DNA of 64,000 nt from a candidate division WOR-3 bacterium (lineage in GTDB: Bacteria > Hydrothermota > Tepidihabitantia > Tepidihabitantales > Tepidihabitantaceae). Each line of letters starts with the position of its first letter. Position 1 is the first letter of the stretch. Of the stretch, positions 28,404-37,396 are shown in pieces. Both the position numbers and the translations under genes were made by a program. The notes below the pieces were generated by a model. It ran no database searches and was not told the origin of the DNA. It saw only the letters and a list, made by a program, of their open reading frames with translations. Location: NCBI GenBank assembly GCA_965649205.1, contig CBFGJV010000004.1:32001-96000 (forward strand). The letters run 5' to 3'.

Positions 28404-29354
28404 TTATTCCCCCGATTTCTGCTCGTTGCCGGCTGCAAGCGAAAACGCCTTCTGTCTCTTGAGCCAGCGTTCCAGATTGCAAGCCAGCTCTTTTTCTCTG
28501 CCCAGATAATTGTGGGGTGCTCCTGTTACTACCGTGCCGACGAAAGACGGACACCGGACTAGCAGTTCCTGCAACGTCTTTAGGAACACGGTCGGCTTCA
28601 GAGTAAAAGCCTCCCTCACCGTGCCCACCGCGCAGAACACCGGTACCCGCACTAAGGCCAGTTCGGGAAAACTCCTGCGGTCGGTCCGACTCAGATTGAA
28701 CATACCGGTCACAGAGCGTGGATCTAGAAAATCCACAAACGAACGGGCGGAAATCGGATAAGGAAAATCTTTTTGCCTCATCAGTTCCCGGCCGCGGTCG
28801 TCTCTTACTAGGCGGCGCGCCCGGGCTAGAACCGAAGCGAACCTGCTTTTCAACATTTTTCGCGCCAACCCCATATCATCTGAAGGCGAAAGTAGAACCA
28901 GTGCCCGTACGCGAGGATCTTCTGTTTTCACCAAATAATGAACCACCTTGATTGCTCCGTGACTGTGCCCCTGCAGGACAACATGCCTCGCTCCCCGCCG
29001 CCAGAGAAAATCCACCCAGGCAGAAATATCCTTCACGCAATCTCGCATACGCTCATACACGCCGCCTAGCTGAACGTAGTCTCCCCTCCCCGGACGCAGA
29101 ATATCGGCAATATAATCATGTCCCCGATTATTGCCGGTCAGAAAGTCAGCCCCGGCCCGGTTGTAAACCCGGGCCGCCTCGTCCAGAAAACGATTCTCGT
29201 AGAAATTCCCGTCCAAACCATGCACGTGGCAAACCGCGGTTGCAGTTGGACTGTTCTCTGCCGGAGACAGAAAACCATGTAATTCCAGACCATCACTGGT
29301 TGTGATACGGTACAACTCTCCCCGCATCGAAAGCTTTGGTTTAAGTTTATCCAT
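28404..29354 (-). CDS. Alpha/beta hydrolase (DUF1749-like)
   Basis: DGLELHG, HGLDGNFY, GHSHG nucleophile elbow, LLSPSD, GAPH. Start uncertain (29369, 29354 or 29327). Confidence 0.85.
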   Translation of the reverse strand: MDKLKPKLSMRGELYRITTSDGLELHGFLSPAENSPTATAVCHVHGLDGNFYENRFLDEAARVYNRAGADFLTGNNRGHDYIADILRPGRGDYVQLGGVYERMRDCVKDISAWVDFLWRRGARHVVLQGHSHGAIKVVHYLVKTEDPRVRALVLLSPSDDMGLARKMLKSRFASVLARARRLVRDDRGRELMRQKDFPYPISARSFVDFLDPRSVTGMFNLSRTDRRSFPELALVRVPVFCAVGTVREAFTLKPTVFLKTLQELLVRCPSFVGTVVTGAPHNYLGREKELACNLERWLKRQKAFSLAAGNEQKSGE

Positions 29355-29448
29355 CTTCGTCGCCTGCATACTACCAACTTGCGGCTTCAGCTCAAGTCTG
29401 AACCCGCTTCCTGCCTCTTGCTCACTACCGTATGCTCCTCGCTTCGAT

Positions 29449-29476
29449 TTGACACCAACCAGACAAGCATTAAAAT
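29449..29476 (+). promoter_or_regulatory. Sigma70-type promoter
   Basis: TTGACA-N16-TAAAAT. Confidence 0.75.
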
Positions 29477-29589
29477 TTTCGTACGATACGTTCCTTGGTT
29501 CCGCCCCCCCCCGTGCTCTTCACCCGAGCGGAACACAGAGCAGAAATTACAAATCAGGAAGGACTGCAAACAAAGCCCGAGGAGGAGAA

Positions 29590-31896
29590 GTGAAAATCAG
29601 CATCACCATACTGACATTGTCTCTATTCTGCGGTTTCGTGTTGGCGCAGACGCCAGCCACCGCAACCAGCTCCGCGCCTGTGCAACCGGAGCTTGTGAAG
29701 TATTATTACGGTCTGCCCGGCTCGGATGACTATGTGCTGGGGCCGGCAAGCCCTGAGCAAAATACCGATGCCTGGCAACAACACAGCACTATGCCGGCGG
29801 TGATGATGGACAATGCGGCAGCCGCTAACGCCTCCCACATATATGTTGCGGCTGGATATAATGTAGGCAAGGTTTTTTACCGCTGCCCAATCGGCAATAC
29901 TAACTGGGAAACCCTTCCCGACTGCCCGCTGGACCTGTGCACCGGCGGAGCGGCTATCATCGGCGACACCTTCTACTATTGCGGCGGCTACAAGAACAGT
30001 ATGAGCCAGCCGGCCGACACGTTATACAAATACTCCATAACCGGCAGAAACTGGACCTCTGCTCCCGGCCCCCATCCCGGCTGGGGTTACAACTGGTCAC
30101 CCACTGTTGTGGCCTGTGCGGGCAAACTATATTACATCAGCGGCTGCTCCATACCCGGAGCCACAAACCCCACTACCCGGGTATGGCGTTATACCCCAGG
30201 AGTAGGTTGGACACAGGTGGCGAACCTGAACCGGGGCCGAGTGTTTGCTCACGCTGTCGCCTACCGCGACACCATCTGGCTGGCCGGAGGCATAGCCGAC
30301 GGCCTTCCTCTCACTCACACTGAATTCTACGATCCGGTCGCCAATGTCTGGACCGTGAACAACTCTGTGTTCCCGCAACTGCCCGAAGCCCGCTGGGGAG
30401 GAGCGGCTTCCCAGACAGGAAACCTGATGGTCATAGCTTCGGGAGTAAACCCGGCTGGTAGTCTTACCGACTCTGTATTCGTTTTCAACTTCAACACCCG
30501 CACCTGGACCATAGAAGAGGGCGTTCCCACCCGGGTCTATCGTACTAGCGGCTGCGGGACCCCGGACGGAAAGGCATTCATCTGCGGCGGTTCCATCGCT
30601 GGCTTCACCCCTACGAATATAGTTCAGTACAATACGTACTCGGTAGCGCCCGCCCACGACGTCAAACTGGCGGCCATTGTCGCTCCCGGCACCAGAGTGG
30701 CTCCTGGCACGCCGGTCCAACCTGTGGCCCGGGTGCAAAACATGGGTTCGTCTGCCGAAACGAATATCCCGGTGACCTGCCTCATAGACTCGGCCGGCAC
30801 CACAGTCTATAACCGCAGTACCACCCTTGCTGGCCCGCTGGCTCCTGGCGCCAGCGCGCAAGTACAATTCAGCCCCAACTGGACGCCAGGACCCGCGAAC
30901 GCCATATATCGCGTTAGAATGTGGACCGCGCTTGCCAGTGACTCCAACCGCACCAACGACACCCTGGTCCAGACCACCCGTTCTGCCAACCTCATCACCG
31001 CTTTGTGGCTCTACAGTGACGAGTATCCGCCCGAGACCCTCGCTGTCCAACTGTATTCTCTTGGCGACTCTCTGGTGTTCTACGACATCCGCGCTAATAT
31101 CCCGCCTTTAGATACCCTAATGCGCTATCCGGTCGTGGGCGTACACACCAACTTCGCTCCCGCCGACTCCGTAGTTCTGGGCAACCTGCTCGCCGACTAC
31201 GTTGACGCGGGCGGCGGAGTAGTTTTGGGCCAGTTCAGTTTCACGTCCGGCTGGCACGTGGCAGGCAGAATAATGACCGGCAATTATTCCACCATCGGCA
31301 AAGGTGCGAACACTCAATCCTCCACCACGCTGGGCTGGAGGCGAACCGCCCACCCGATAATGGCCGGAGTAGACTCGGTACGAGAGTTTTATGCCACAAC
31401 CGCCCCGTTCCTCACCGCCGATTCTGTGGCCAAGTGGGCAGACGGCCGACCCTACGTCGCAGTCAGCGCGAATCAAAAAGTGATAGGCGTGAACAGCTAC
31501 CCAGGCTACTACCAGATGACGCCGCCCCAGCGTGGCGGAAACTGGGCACTCGTGTTCCACAACGCTCTGCAATTTGCCCGCGGTACGGTAAGTCTGGAAG
31601 AGTTCGACCCCTTCCGACCTGCGCTCCCCTGTCGCTTGCAGATGACACCCAATCCTACACGCGGCTTTGTGCTTGTAAACTATGTTCTCCCAGTCGCAGG
31701 ACCTCTGGAACTCGCTATGTACGACCTGAACGGCAGGCTGGTAAGAAAACTGTATCAGGGTCGCGCTCTTTCCGGCTACGGTCAGACAAACTGGGATATG
31801 CTTGACCAGCATGGAAAAAGAGTAGCGCCGGGCGTCTACTTCTGCCGCCTCGTCTCCGGCAACTACAAACAGACCGCTAAGTTAATTGTGGAATGA
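29590..31896 (+). CDS. Secreted Kelch-repeat + CARDB + GATase-like domain protein with a FlgD/T9SS-like C-terminal domain
   Basis: GTG start after GGAGG; signal peptide; Kelch GG...Y...W repeats; HDVKLAAIVAP CARDB unit; tail PNP...YDLNGRLVR...PGVYFCRL...KLIVE. Confidence 0.88.
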   Translation: MKISITILTLSLFCGFVLAQTPATATSSAPVQPELVKYYYGLPGSDDYVLGPASPEQNTDAWQQHSTMPAVMMDNAAAANASHIYVAAGYNVGKVFYRCPIGNTNWETLPDCPLDLCTGGAAIIGDTFYYCGGYKNSMSQPADTLYKYSITGRNWTSAPGPHPGWGYNWSPTVVACAGKLYYISGCSIPGATNPTTRVWRYTPGVGWTQVANLNRGRVFAHAVAYRDTIWLAGGIADGLPLTHTEFYDPVANVWTVNNSVFPQLPEARWGGAASQTGNLMVIASGVNPAGSLTDSVFVFNFNTRTWTIEEGVPTRVYRTSGCGTPDGKAFICGGSIAGFTPTNIVQYNTYSVAPAHDVKLAAIVAPGTRVAPGTPVQPVARVQNMGSSAETNIPVTCLIDSAGTTVYNRSTTLAGPLAPGASAQVQFSPNWTPGPANAIYRVRMWTALASDSNRTNDTLVQTTRSANLITALWLYSDEYPPETLAVQLYSLGDSLVFYDIRANIPPLDTLMRYPVVGVHTNFAPADSVVLGNLLADYVDAGGGVVLGQFSFTSGWHVAGRIMTGNYSTIGKGANTQSSTTLGWRRTAHPIMAGVDSVREFYATTAPFLTADSVAKWADGRPYVAVSANQKVIGVNSYPGYYQMTPPQRGGNWALVFHNALQFARGTVSLEEFDPFRPALPCRLQMTPNPTRGFVLVNYVLPVAGPLELAMYDLNGRLVRKLYQGRALSGYGQTNWDMLDQHGKRVAPGVYFCRLVSGNYKQTAKLIVE

Positions 31897-32504
31897 AGCG
31901 GAGAATATCTCCTAAGCTTATTTACGACTATGCGAGAATGAAAGCCAAGAAAGGAGTACAGATGCGTGTTATCCCCACTCAACTCCGCCAGTTGCAACCC
32001 ATAACTTGTATCCTGTCCATTCTTCTACTACTTTTCACTCTCACCGGTTGCCCGCAAAAGCCACCGCCACCCGAGCAAAAAAACCAAGCCCAAACCGAAA
32101 CTCTTTCCCAGCAGACCGAACTTGAACCAGACTCCGCAACTAAAGAAGAAACTACTGCCACGCCGTCCGCACCTTCTACCCAGCCCACGTCTCCACCCGC
32201 TCAACCCGAGACCGCAACTTCCCCAGCTCTTCCTAAGCTCTGGGATTTCTGGGCTGCCTGGTGCCCACCGTGCCGGGATCAAAAACCCATAGTCGAAGAA
32301 CTCGCAAAAGAGTATGCCGGCGTTATAGAAATCAAGTCCATAGACATAGACGCAAACCAGGACTTGGCAAAACAATTCGGCATCTCTGCTATTCCCACCC
32401 TCATATTCCTTGATGCCCAAGGTAAAGAACTGACGCGACGTGTGGGTTTCTACCCCAAGGACTCAATTCTGGCACGCTTTCGGTCACTTGGATTTATAAA
32501 ATAA
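31893..32504 (+). CDS. Thioredoxin-domain lipoprotein
   Basis: LTGC lipobox, Pro/Thr/Ser linker, DFWAAWCPPC, AIPTLIF. The true start may be ATG 31962 after AAGGAG. Confidence 0.9.
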   Translation: MKRRISPKLIYDYARMKAKKGVQMRVIPTQLRQLQPITCILSILLLLFTLTGCPQKPPPPEQKNQAQTETLSQQTELEPDSATKEETTATPSAPSTQPTSPPAQPETATSPALPKLWDFWAAWCPPCRDQKPIVEELAKEYAGVIEIKSIDIDANQDLAKQFGISAIPTLIFLDAQGKELTRRVGFYPKDSILARFRSLGFIK

Positions 32505-32582
32505 CCCAACTCAAGCTACCTGGCGGGTCATGCTGCTGAATACGACCATTGACACCACTAGACTGAGAGCTACTATTTCAGT

Positions 32583-33569
32583 ATGAAACGACGTATGGTA
32601 AAACAACTGCTGCCAGCCATAGCACTGCTAATTTCTGGCCCAGCACTGGCGGCAAACATACTTGTCTGGAACTATGACCCGGAAGATAAATTCTACGACC
32701 AGACAGTAGGAGACTCTATTGACTGCGCTTGGTGGGTAGAGCGTGACCTCCAGGCGCTAGGACACAATGTCACCCTCTCCAACTACGACCTACCCGCAGA
32801 CCTTGCGCCTTATGATGCGGTATTCTGCCTGATGGGCTGGTACCGATGTTGAGGAGACAACTGTACCGTCGGTCCGACGGAAAGCAATCGGCTGATTTCC
32901 TATCTGCAGAGCGGCAGGTCGGTATACGCTGAAGGCGGCGATTTCGGCTATTCTAATCAGAACAGCAATCTCTGGCCTTATTTCGGCTGTCGCTTCGTTC
33001 ATGACGGTTATGCCAGCGGCACAGGAAACGTACAAAGCCTCACCGGTGTATCCGGTACCTTTGCCGCCGGGTTAAATCCGAGCTACTTATACAGACAACC
33101 ACCGGATAATTACGTGGACGAACTGGCAACTAATGGCGGCACTCTGCTCTTCCGTGATCAGTCTTCTCTTGGCCGGGTAGTGTGTCACCGTCCCGGCTCT
33201 AGCCGTACCATCTGCTCTGCGGTGATTTACGGAGCTATGAGCCAACCAGTACGTAGACAGGTAATGAAAGGCTACATCAACTACCTGCTGTACGGAACAG
33301 GAATTGCTGAATCGGAGACTGTTCAACCCGAAAGAGATGCTATTAGCATAACTCCCAATCCTACACGCGGTCTGGTCCGTTTTTCGGTTGCCCCTCAGAT
33401 TCAGCAGCTAACGATAACAGACATCACAGGTAGAATCGTTGCTACCTGTCCGGTTTCTGGCGGGAATGCCGTATGGACGGGCAGGCAGTCCGACGGTCAG
33501 CCAGTGCCTTCTGGTGTCTATTTCTGCCAGGCATATACTCAAATCGTTCCGTTTACCATGGTGCGCTAA
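32583..33569 (+). CDS. Probable selenoprotein: secreted GATase-like domain protein with a Cys-Sec motif and a T9SS-like C-terminal domain (328 aa, read through TGA 32850-32852)
   Basis: ORFs 32583-32852 and 33114-33569 share one frame, which stays open between them: ...MGWYRC[TGA]GDNCTVGPTESNRLISYLQSGRSVYAEGGDFG...NYVDELATNGG. A hairpin follows the TGA. Signal peptide at the N-terminus and PNP...TDITGR...PSGVYF tail at the C-terminus. Confidence 0.75.
32853..32885 (+). promoter_or_regulatory. Candidate bacterial SECIS element
   Basis: CCGTCG-GTC-CGACGG perfect stem (32866-32880) with a G-led apical loop about 19 nt after the UGA. Confidence 0.65.
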
Positions 33570-33671
33570 AGACCACCCACGTATTCCGCGTACCCCTGTA
33601 GGAAAAACTTCTTTACCGCCTAGTTTACTTCAAATGGAACATAAATTAAAATAATTCTTATCTAACAGGGA

Positions 33672-34244
33672 GTGCAAATGATGAAAATACTGGTGATTGA
33701 AGGTAGCCCGCGTCAAGGTAATACCGCCGTCGTAACCGACTGGGTCCTCTCTGGTTTGGGTCCCGGTATGCAAGTAGAGCGCATCCGGGCAGCCGAGTTG
33801 AACATTCACGGATGTCAGGAATGTATGCGCTGCGGAAATACAAAAAATGCAGCCGGGTGCCAACAGCACGACGATATGCTCATTCTTTATGATAAACTCG
33901 TGGAAGCCGATCTCACCATCTTCACCACCCCGGTATTCTGTTGGGGCGTAACCGCCCAGCTCAAGGCTGTGATAGACCGCTGTTTCGCCCTGCTGACAGG
34001 CGAATCTCTGCTTAAAGGAAACAAATGGGCGCTTATCATCACTGCCGGCGGGGACCCCTATGACGGAGCAGACCTCATTGTGGCCATGTTCAAGAACCTG
34101 TGCCATTTTGCCGGAATTGAATTTCTCGGCCAGCACGTGGTGGCTAACTGCCCCTCTGGCAGAAAGCTTCGTCAGAACAAGCTGCTTGCCCAGCAGGCGA
34201 GAACATTTGGCCGCGAGCTGGCAAAAATTCTGAAGACCGCCTGA
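33672..34244 (+). CDS. Flavodoxin-family (iron-sulfur flavoprotein / NADPH-dependent FMN reductase-like) protein
   Basis: GSPR.GNT, CQECMRC...C...DDM, TPVF, QLKAVIDR. Confidence 0.9.
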   Translation: MQMMKILVIEGSPRQGNTAVVTDWVLSGLGPGMQVERIRAAELNIHGCQECMRCGNTKNAAGCQQHDDMLILYDKLVEADLTIFTTPVFCWGVTAQLKAVIDRCFALLTGESLLKGNKWALIITAGGDPYDGADLIVAMFKNLCHFAGIEFLGQHVVANCPSGRKLRQNKLLAQQARTFGRELAKILKTA

Positions 34245-34257
34245 CCCGAATTCGCCT

Positions 34258-36576
34258 ATGGACAGAAGAGGATGGACTTACCCGCGCCAACTGCGCGCCC
34301 TCCTGTTCCTACCTATGGCTTTGCTCTTCCTTCCCGCCTGCGCATGGGGAGCTATTTATGGCGCAGTAAAGGGGTTTGTACGCGACGCTTCTAGTGGGGA
34401 AGCGCTCGCCTACGCCAATGTTTACCTGGACCACACAGACTACGGTGCGGCTACCAGTGCAAAAGGTTATTACTACATTGGCAACGTACCGCCCGGCGAT
34501 TACCACCTCGTTGCTTCGTTCGTGGGCTACTCTTCTGTCCGCCGGCCTATTACGGTTGTTGCCGGTCAAACCCTTACCGTGAATCTGGAACTGAAACCGG
34601 GTACGGTAGAACTCAAGGAAGTAAAAGTCTCTGCTGAACGCGCCAGATTTGAACGCGAGGTAGAAGTATCTGCTACTCGCCTGGAAACAAAACAGCTTCT
34701 GCTCACTCCCCGGGTAGGTGGCGAACAGGACCTGTTCCGTGCTGTCCAGCTGCTGCCCGGAGTAGTAACTACTTCCGATTTTTCCAATCGTCTTTATATC
34801 CGCGGGGGGTCACCGGACCAGAACTTGATTCTTCTGGACGGTATCAGCGTATACAATCCTTCCCATTTATTTGGCATTTTCTCGCCCTTCATCACCAGCG
34901 CTATATCAGACGTAACCCTTTTGGCCGGCGGATTTCCTGCCCGCTACGGAGGCAGACTCAGCTCCGTTTTGGACGTGACTACCAAAAACGGCAACTCCAA
35001 ACATTTTTCCGGAGAAGGTTCTGTATCGCTGCTTGCTACCAGCGGCCAGGTGGAAGGACCTCTTCCCTGGCGCAGAAACACTACACGATCCGACTCTGCC
35101 GAATCTGCAGGTTCTTTTCTTATTGCTGGCCGACGCACCTATCTTCCCGACCTGCTTCTTTCCACCTTCGACATTGAAGGTTTAGGCTACTATTTCTACG
35201 ACCTGTTGGGAAAAGCAAGCTACAATTTTTCCTCTGATTCTCGTCTCACTGTCAGTGCCTTGGCAGCCGAAGACGTTCTCTCCTTCTGGAATCCGGACAA
35301 TCGCACTGCGCTGGATTCAAAGCTGCGCTGGGGCAATCGTGGCGTTTCTGTGCGCTGGAACCGGGTTTTCACTCCCGTGCTCTATGGAGAAGCGTTGGCA
35401 GCGTGGAGCAACTTCCGTTCCCGTTTTGACGTATCCCTAGGCCCGGGCCCCGCAGCCCAGCTTTCTACAGACTTGACTGACCTAACTGTCAAGTCGGACT
35501 TTACCTGGTATCTGGCAGACGCCCACACGCTGGATGTAGGACTTGACGCTAAATACATACACATAGCGGCCGGCTTCTCCTACGACACCCTGCGGGTCCT
35601 GCCCCGGGATACATTGGTACCCGTCTGCATCTACCTGGACGAAAAGTGGGAGGCGGTACCCTCCCGGCTGTTTTTCAAGCCAGGGCTGCGTCTGACCTAT
35701 ATTTCCAAGGGTGAACGACTGGAACCCGAACCCCGTCTGGGAGCAAAATATCTGATCGGTCGGAACACCTCGCTGAACGCCGCGGTCGGACGTTTCACCC
35801 AACCATTAGTAACATTAAACTCCACCGATGTAGTATTCTCCATCTACGACGTATGGTTGCCAGTTCCAAGCAATCGCAGAGTGCCCCGTGCGTTACATCT
35901 TGTTACCGGCATAGAACACTGGCTTTCTTCTGACGCGATTGCCGAACTGGAAGCATACTACAAGCACTACTCCAACCTGCTGGAGGTTCGCTATGGCAGA
36001 GCATTTACACCACCCGAGTCCCTTCTTACTGCCGAGGGCTACTCTTGGGGCGTGGACTTTTCCCTGCGCAAATCAGCCGGTTGGATTACGGGCTGGGCCA
36101 ACTATTCCTTTATGTGGACACGGCGCAATATCGGTAAAGAAGTCTATCATCCTCACTACGACCGCCGCCGCAACCTCAATATCGTTATTTCTTTTCCTGA
36201 ACTCCTGTGGGGCATAGACCTGTCGGCCCGCTGGTCGCTCGGTACCGGCCTTCCCTTTGCCGGTACTGTAGGTTACTATCCCCGTTATGAGTATCTGCCG
36301 GAGGAAAACTACACGCGCCGCATATGGCAGTATATCGAAGGACCTCGTGATGCCTTTCGTTACCCAGCCTATCATCGCTTGGATGCAAGCCTCACCCGCA
36401 CCTGGGTAACATCTCGGTTACGTATTTCCGCCTTTTTTGACCTGGTGAATGTATACAATGCCCGCAACGTCCTCCTCTACTACTGGGATTACAGTAACCC
36501 CGACCAACCTCCTGTACGGAAGCAGGTGAACATGCTGCCCGTTCTGCCGACCTTGGGCGTAAAAGCAAGTTTTTGA
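34258..36576 (+). CDS. TonB-dependent receptor with an N-terminal carboxypeptidase-regulatory-like domain
   Basis: G.VRD..SGE.L.YANV, LPGV, YIRGGSPDQNLILLDG, GGFPARYGGRLSSVLD, YHRLD, C-terminal Phe. Confidence 0.95.
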   Translation: MDRRGWTYPRQLRALLFLPMALLFLPACAWGAIYGAVKGFVRDASSGEALAYANVYLDHTDYGAATSAKGYYYIGNVPPGDYHLVASFVGYSSVRRPITVVAGQTLTVNLELKPGTVELKEVKVSAERARFEREVEVSATRLETKQLLLTPRVGGEQDLFRAVQLLPGVVTTSDFSNRLYIRGGSPDQNLILLDGISVYNPSHLFGIFSPFITSAISDVTLLAGGFPARYGGRLSSVLDVTTKNGNSKHFSGEGSVSLLATSGQVEGPLPWRRNTTRSDSAESAGSFLIAGRRTYLPDLLLSTFDIEGLGYYFYDLLGKASYNFSSDSRLTVSALAAEDVLSFWNPDNRTALDSKLRWGNRGVSVRWNRVFTPVLYGEALAAWSNFRSRFDVSLGPGPAAQLSTDLTDLTVKSDFTWYLADAHTLDVGLDAKYIHIAAGFSYDTLRVLPRDTLVPVCIYLDEKWEAVPSRLFFKPGLRLTYISKGERLEPEPRLGAKYLIGRNTSLNAAVGRFTQPLVTLNSTDVVFSIYDVWLPVPSNRRVPRALHLVTGIEHWLSSDAIAELEAYYKHYSNLLEVRYGRAFTPPESLLTAEGYSWGVDFSLRKSAGWITGWANYSFMWTRRNIGKEVYHPHYDRRRNLNIVISFPELLWGIDLSARWSLGTGLPFAGTVGYYPRYEYLPEENYTRRIWQYIEGPRDAFRYPAYHRLDASLTRTWVTSRLRISAFFDLVNVYNARNVLLYYWDYSNPDQPPVRKQVNMLPVLPTLGVKASF

Positions 36577-36580
36577 GCCT

Positions 36581-37396
36581 ATGGAAAAGACCTCTCAAAG
36601 AACTCAATTTTTACTGCTGTTTTCTCTTTTCTGTGTTTGGCTCATAGTCTTTGGGGACGGGTGCGACCGTCCCTCTTCCGAAACATTCGTACCGGTTCTG
36701 AATGTACACGGTCTCCTCCTGGCTGGTGCCGACACTCTGAGTATGTACATAAACCGCTCTTACGGCATCAATGAACGGTTTGAACCCGATTTCCCCTCTG
36801 TTTCAGTGGAGGTGTGGCGAAGAGAAGATACTTGGCAACTCACGTACCGTGAAGGAAGCTATTACTCCTCTTCTGCTCGCTTCAACATCCGCTCCTTCGA
36901 TACCTTCTATTTTCGCGCACGCAAAGCCGGTTTTACCCCGGTTACGGGCCACACATTTGTCCCTGGCGCGTTCAACATTATCTGGCCCCGGCCAGGGGAT
37001 TCTGTCAGCTCGCGAGATTCTCTGGTATGGACTCGCAGTCGTTACTCCAAAGGATACTTTCTCGCCTTCCGGCAAATAGTCGGCAGCGAAACATTGCACG
37101 TGAAACTCCCCGTACCTAACGACTCCCTACCTGGCCTGCCCTACGATACGGCTACCGCCAGAATTCCTCTGTTCTTCCTCGGTCAGCAACCGCAAGGACC
37201 CTTCACAGTACATCTATGGGCATGCGACACCAATTATTATGACTGGGTGGAAGGCATAGCGCGTAATCGTTCTGGACTGGACTCAACCCACATCAACGGC
37301 GGAGTCGGCGTATTCGGTTCTGCCTATGCCTGTTCAGTCCGGGTCTTTATCCTGCACACGCCGACTTACTCCAACCTCAAACGCAGCAACAGATAG
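36581..37396 (+). CDS. DUF4249-like lipoprotein, partner of the TonB receptor
   Basis: Lipobox-like DGC; D.NYYD...HINGGVGVFGS; directly downstream of the receptor. Confidence 0.75.
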   Translation: MEKTSQRTQFLLLFSLFCVWLIVFGDGCDRPSSETFVPVLNVHGLLLAGADTLSMYINRSYGINERFEPDFPSVSVEVWRREDTWQLTYREGSYYSSSARFNIRSFDTFYFRARKAGFTPVTGHTFVPGAFNIIWPRPGDSVSSRDSLVWTRSRYSKGYFLAFRQIVGSETLHVKLPVPNDSLPGLPYDTATARIPLFFLGQQPQGPFTVHLWACDTNYYDWVEGIARNRSGLDSTHINGGVGVFGSAYACSVRVFILHTPTYSNLKRSNR

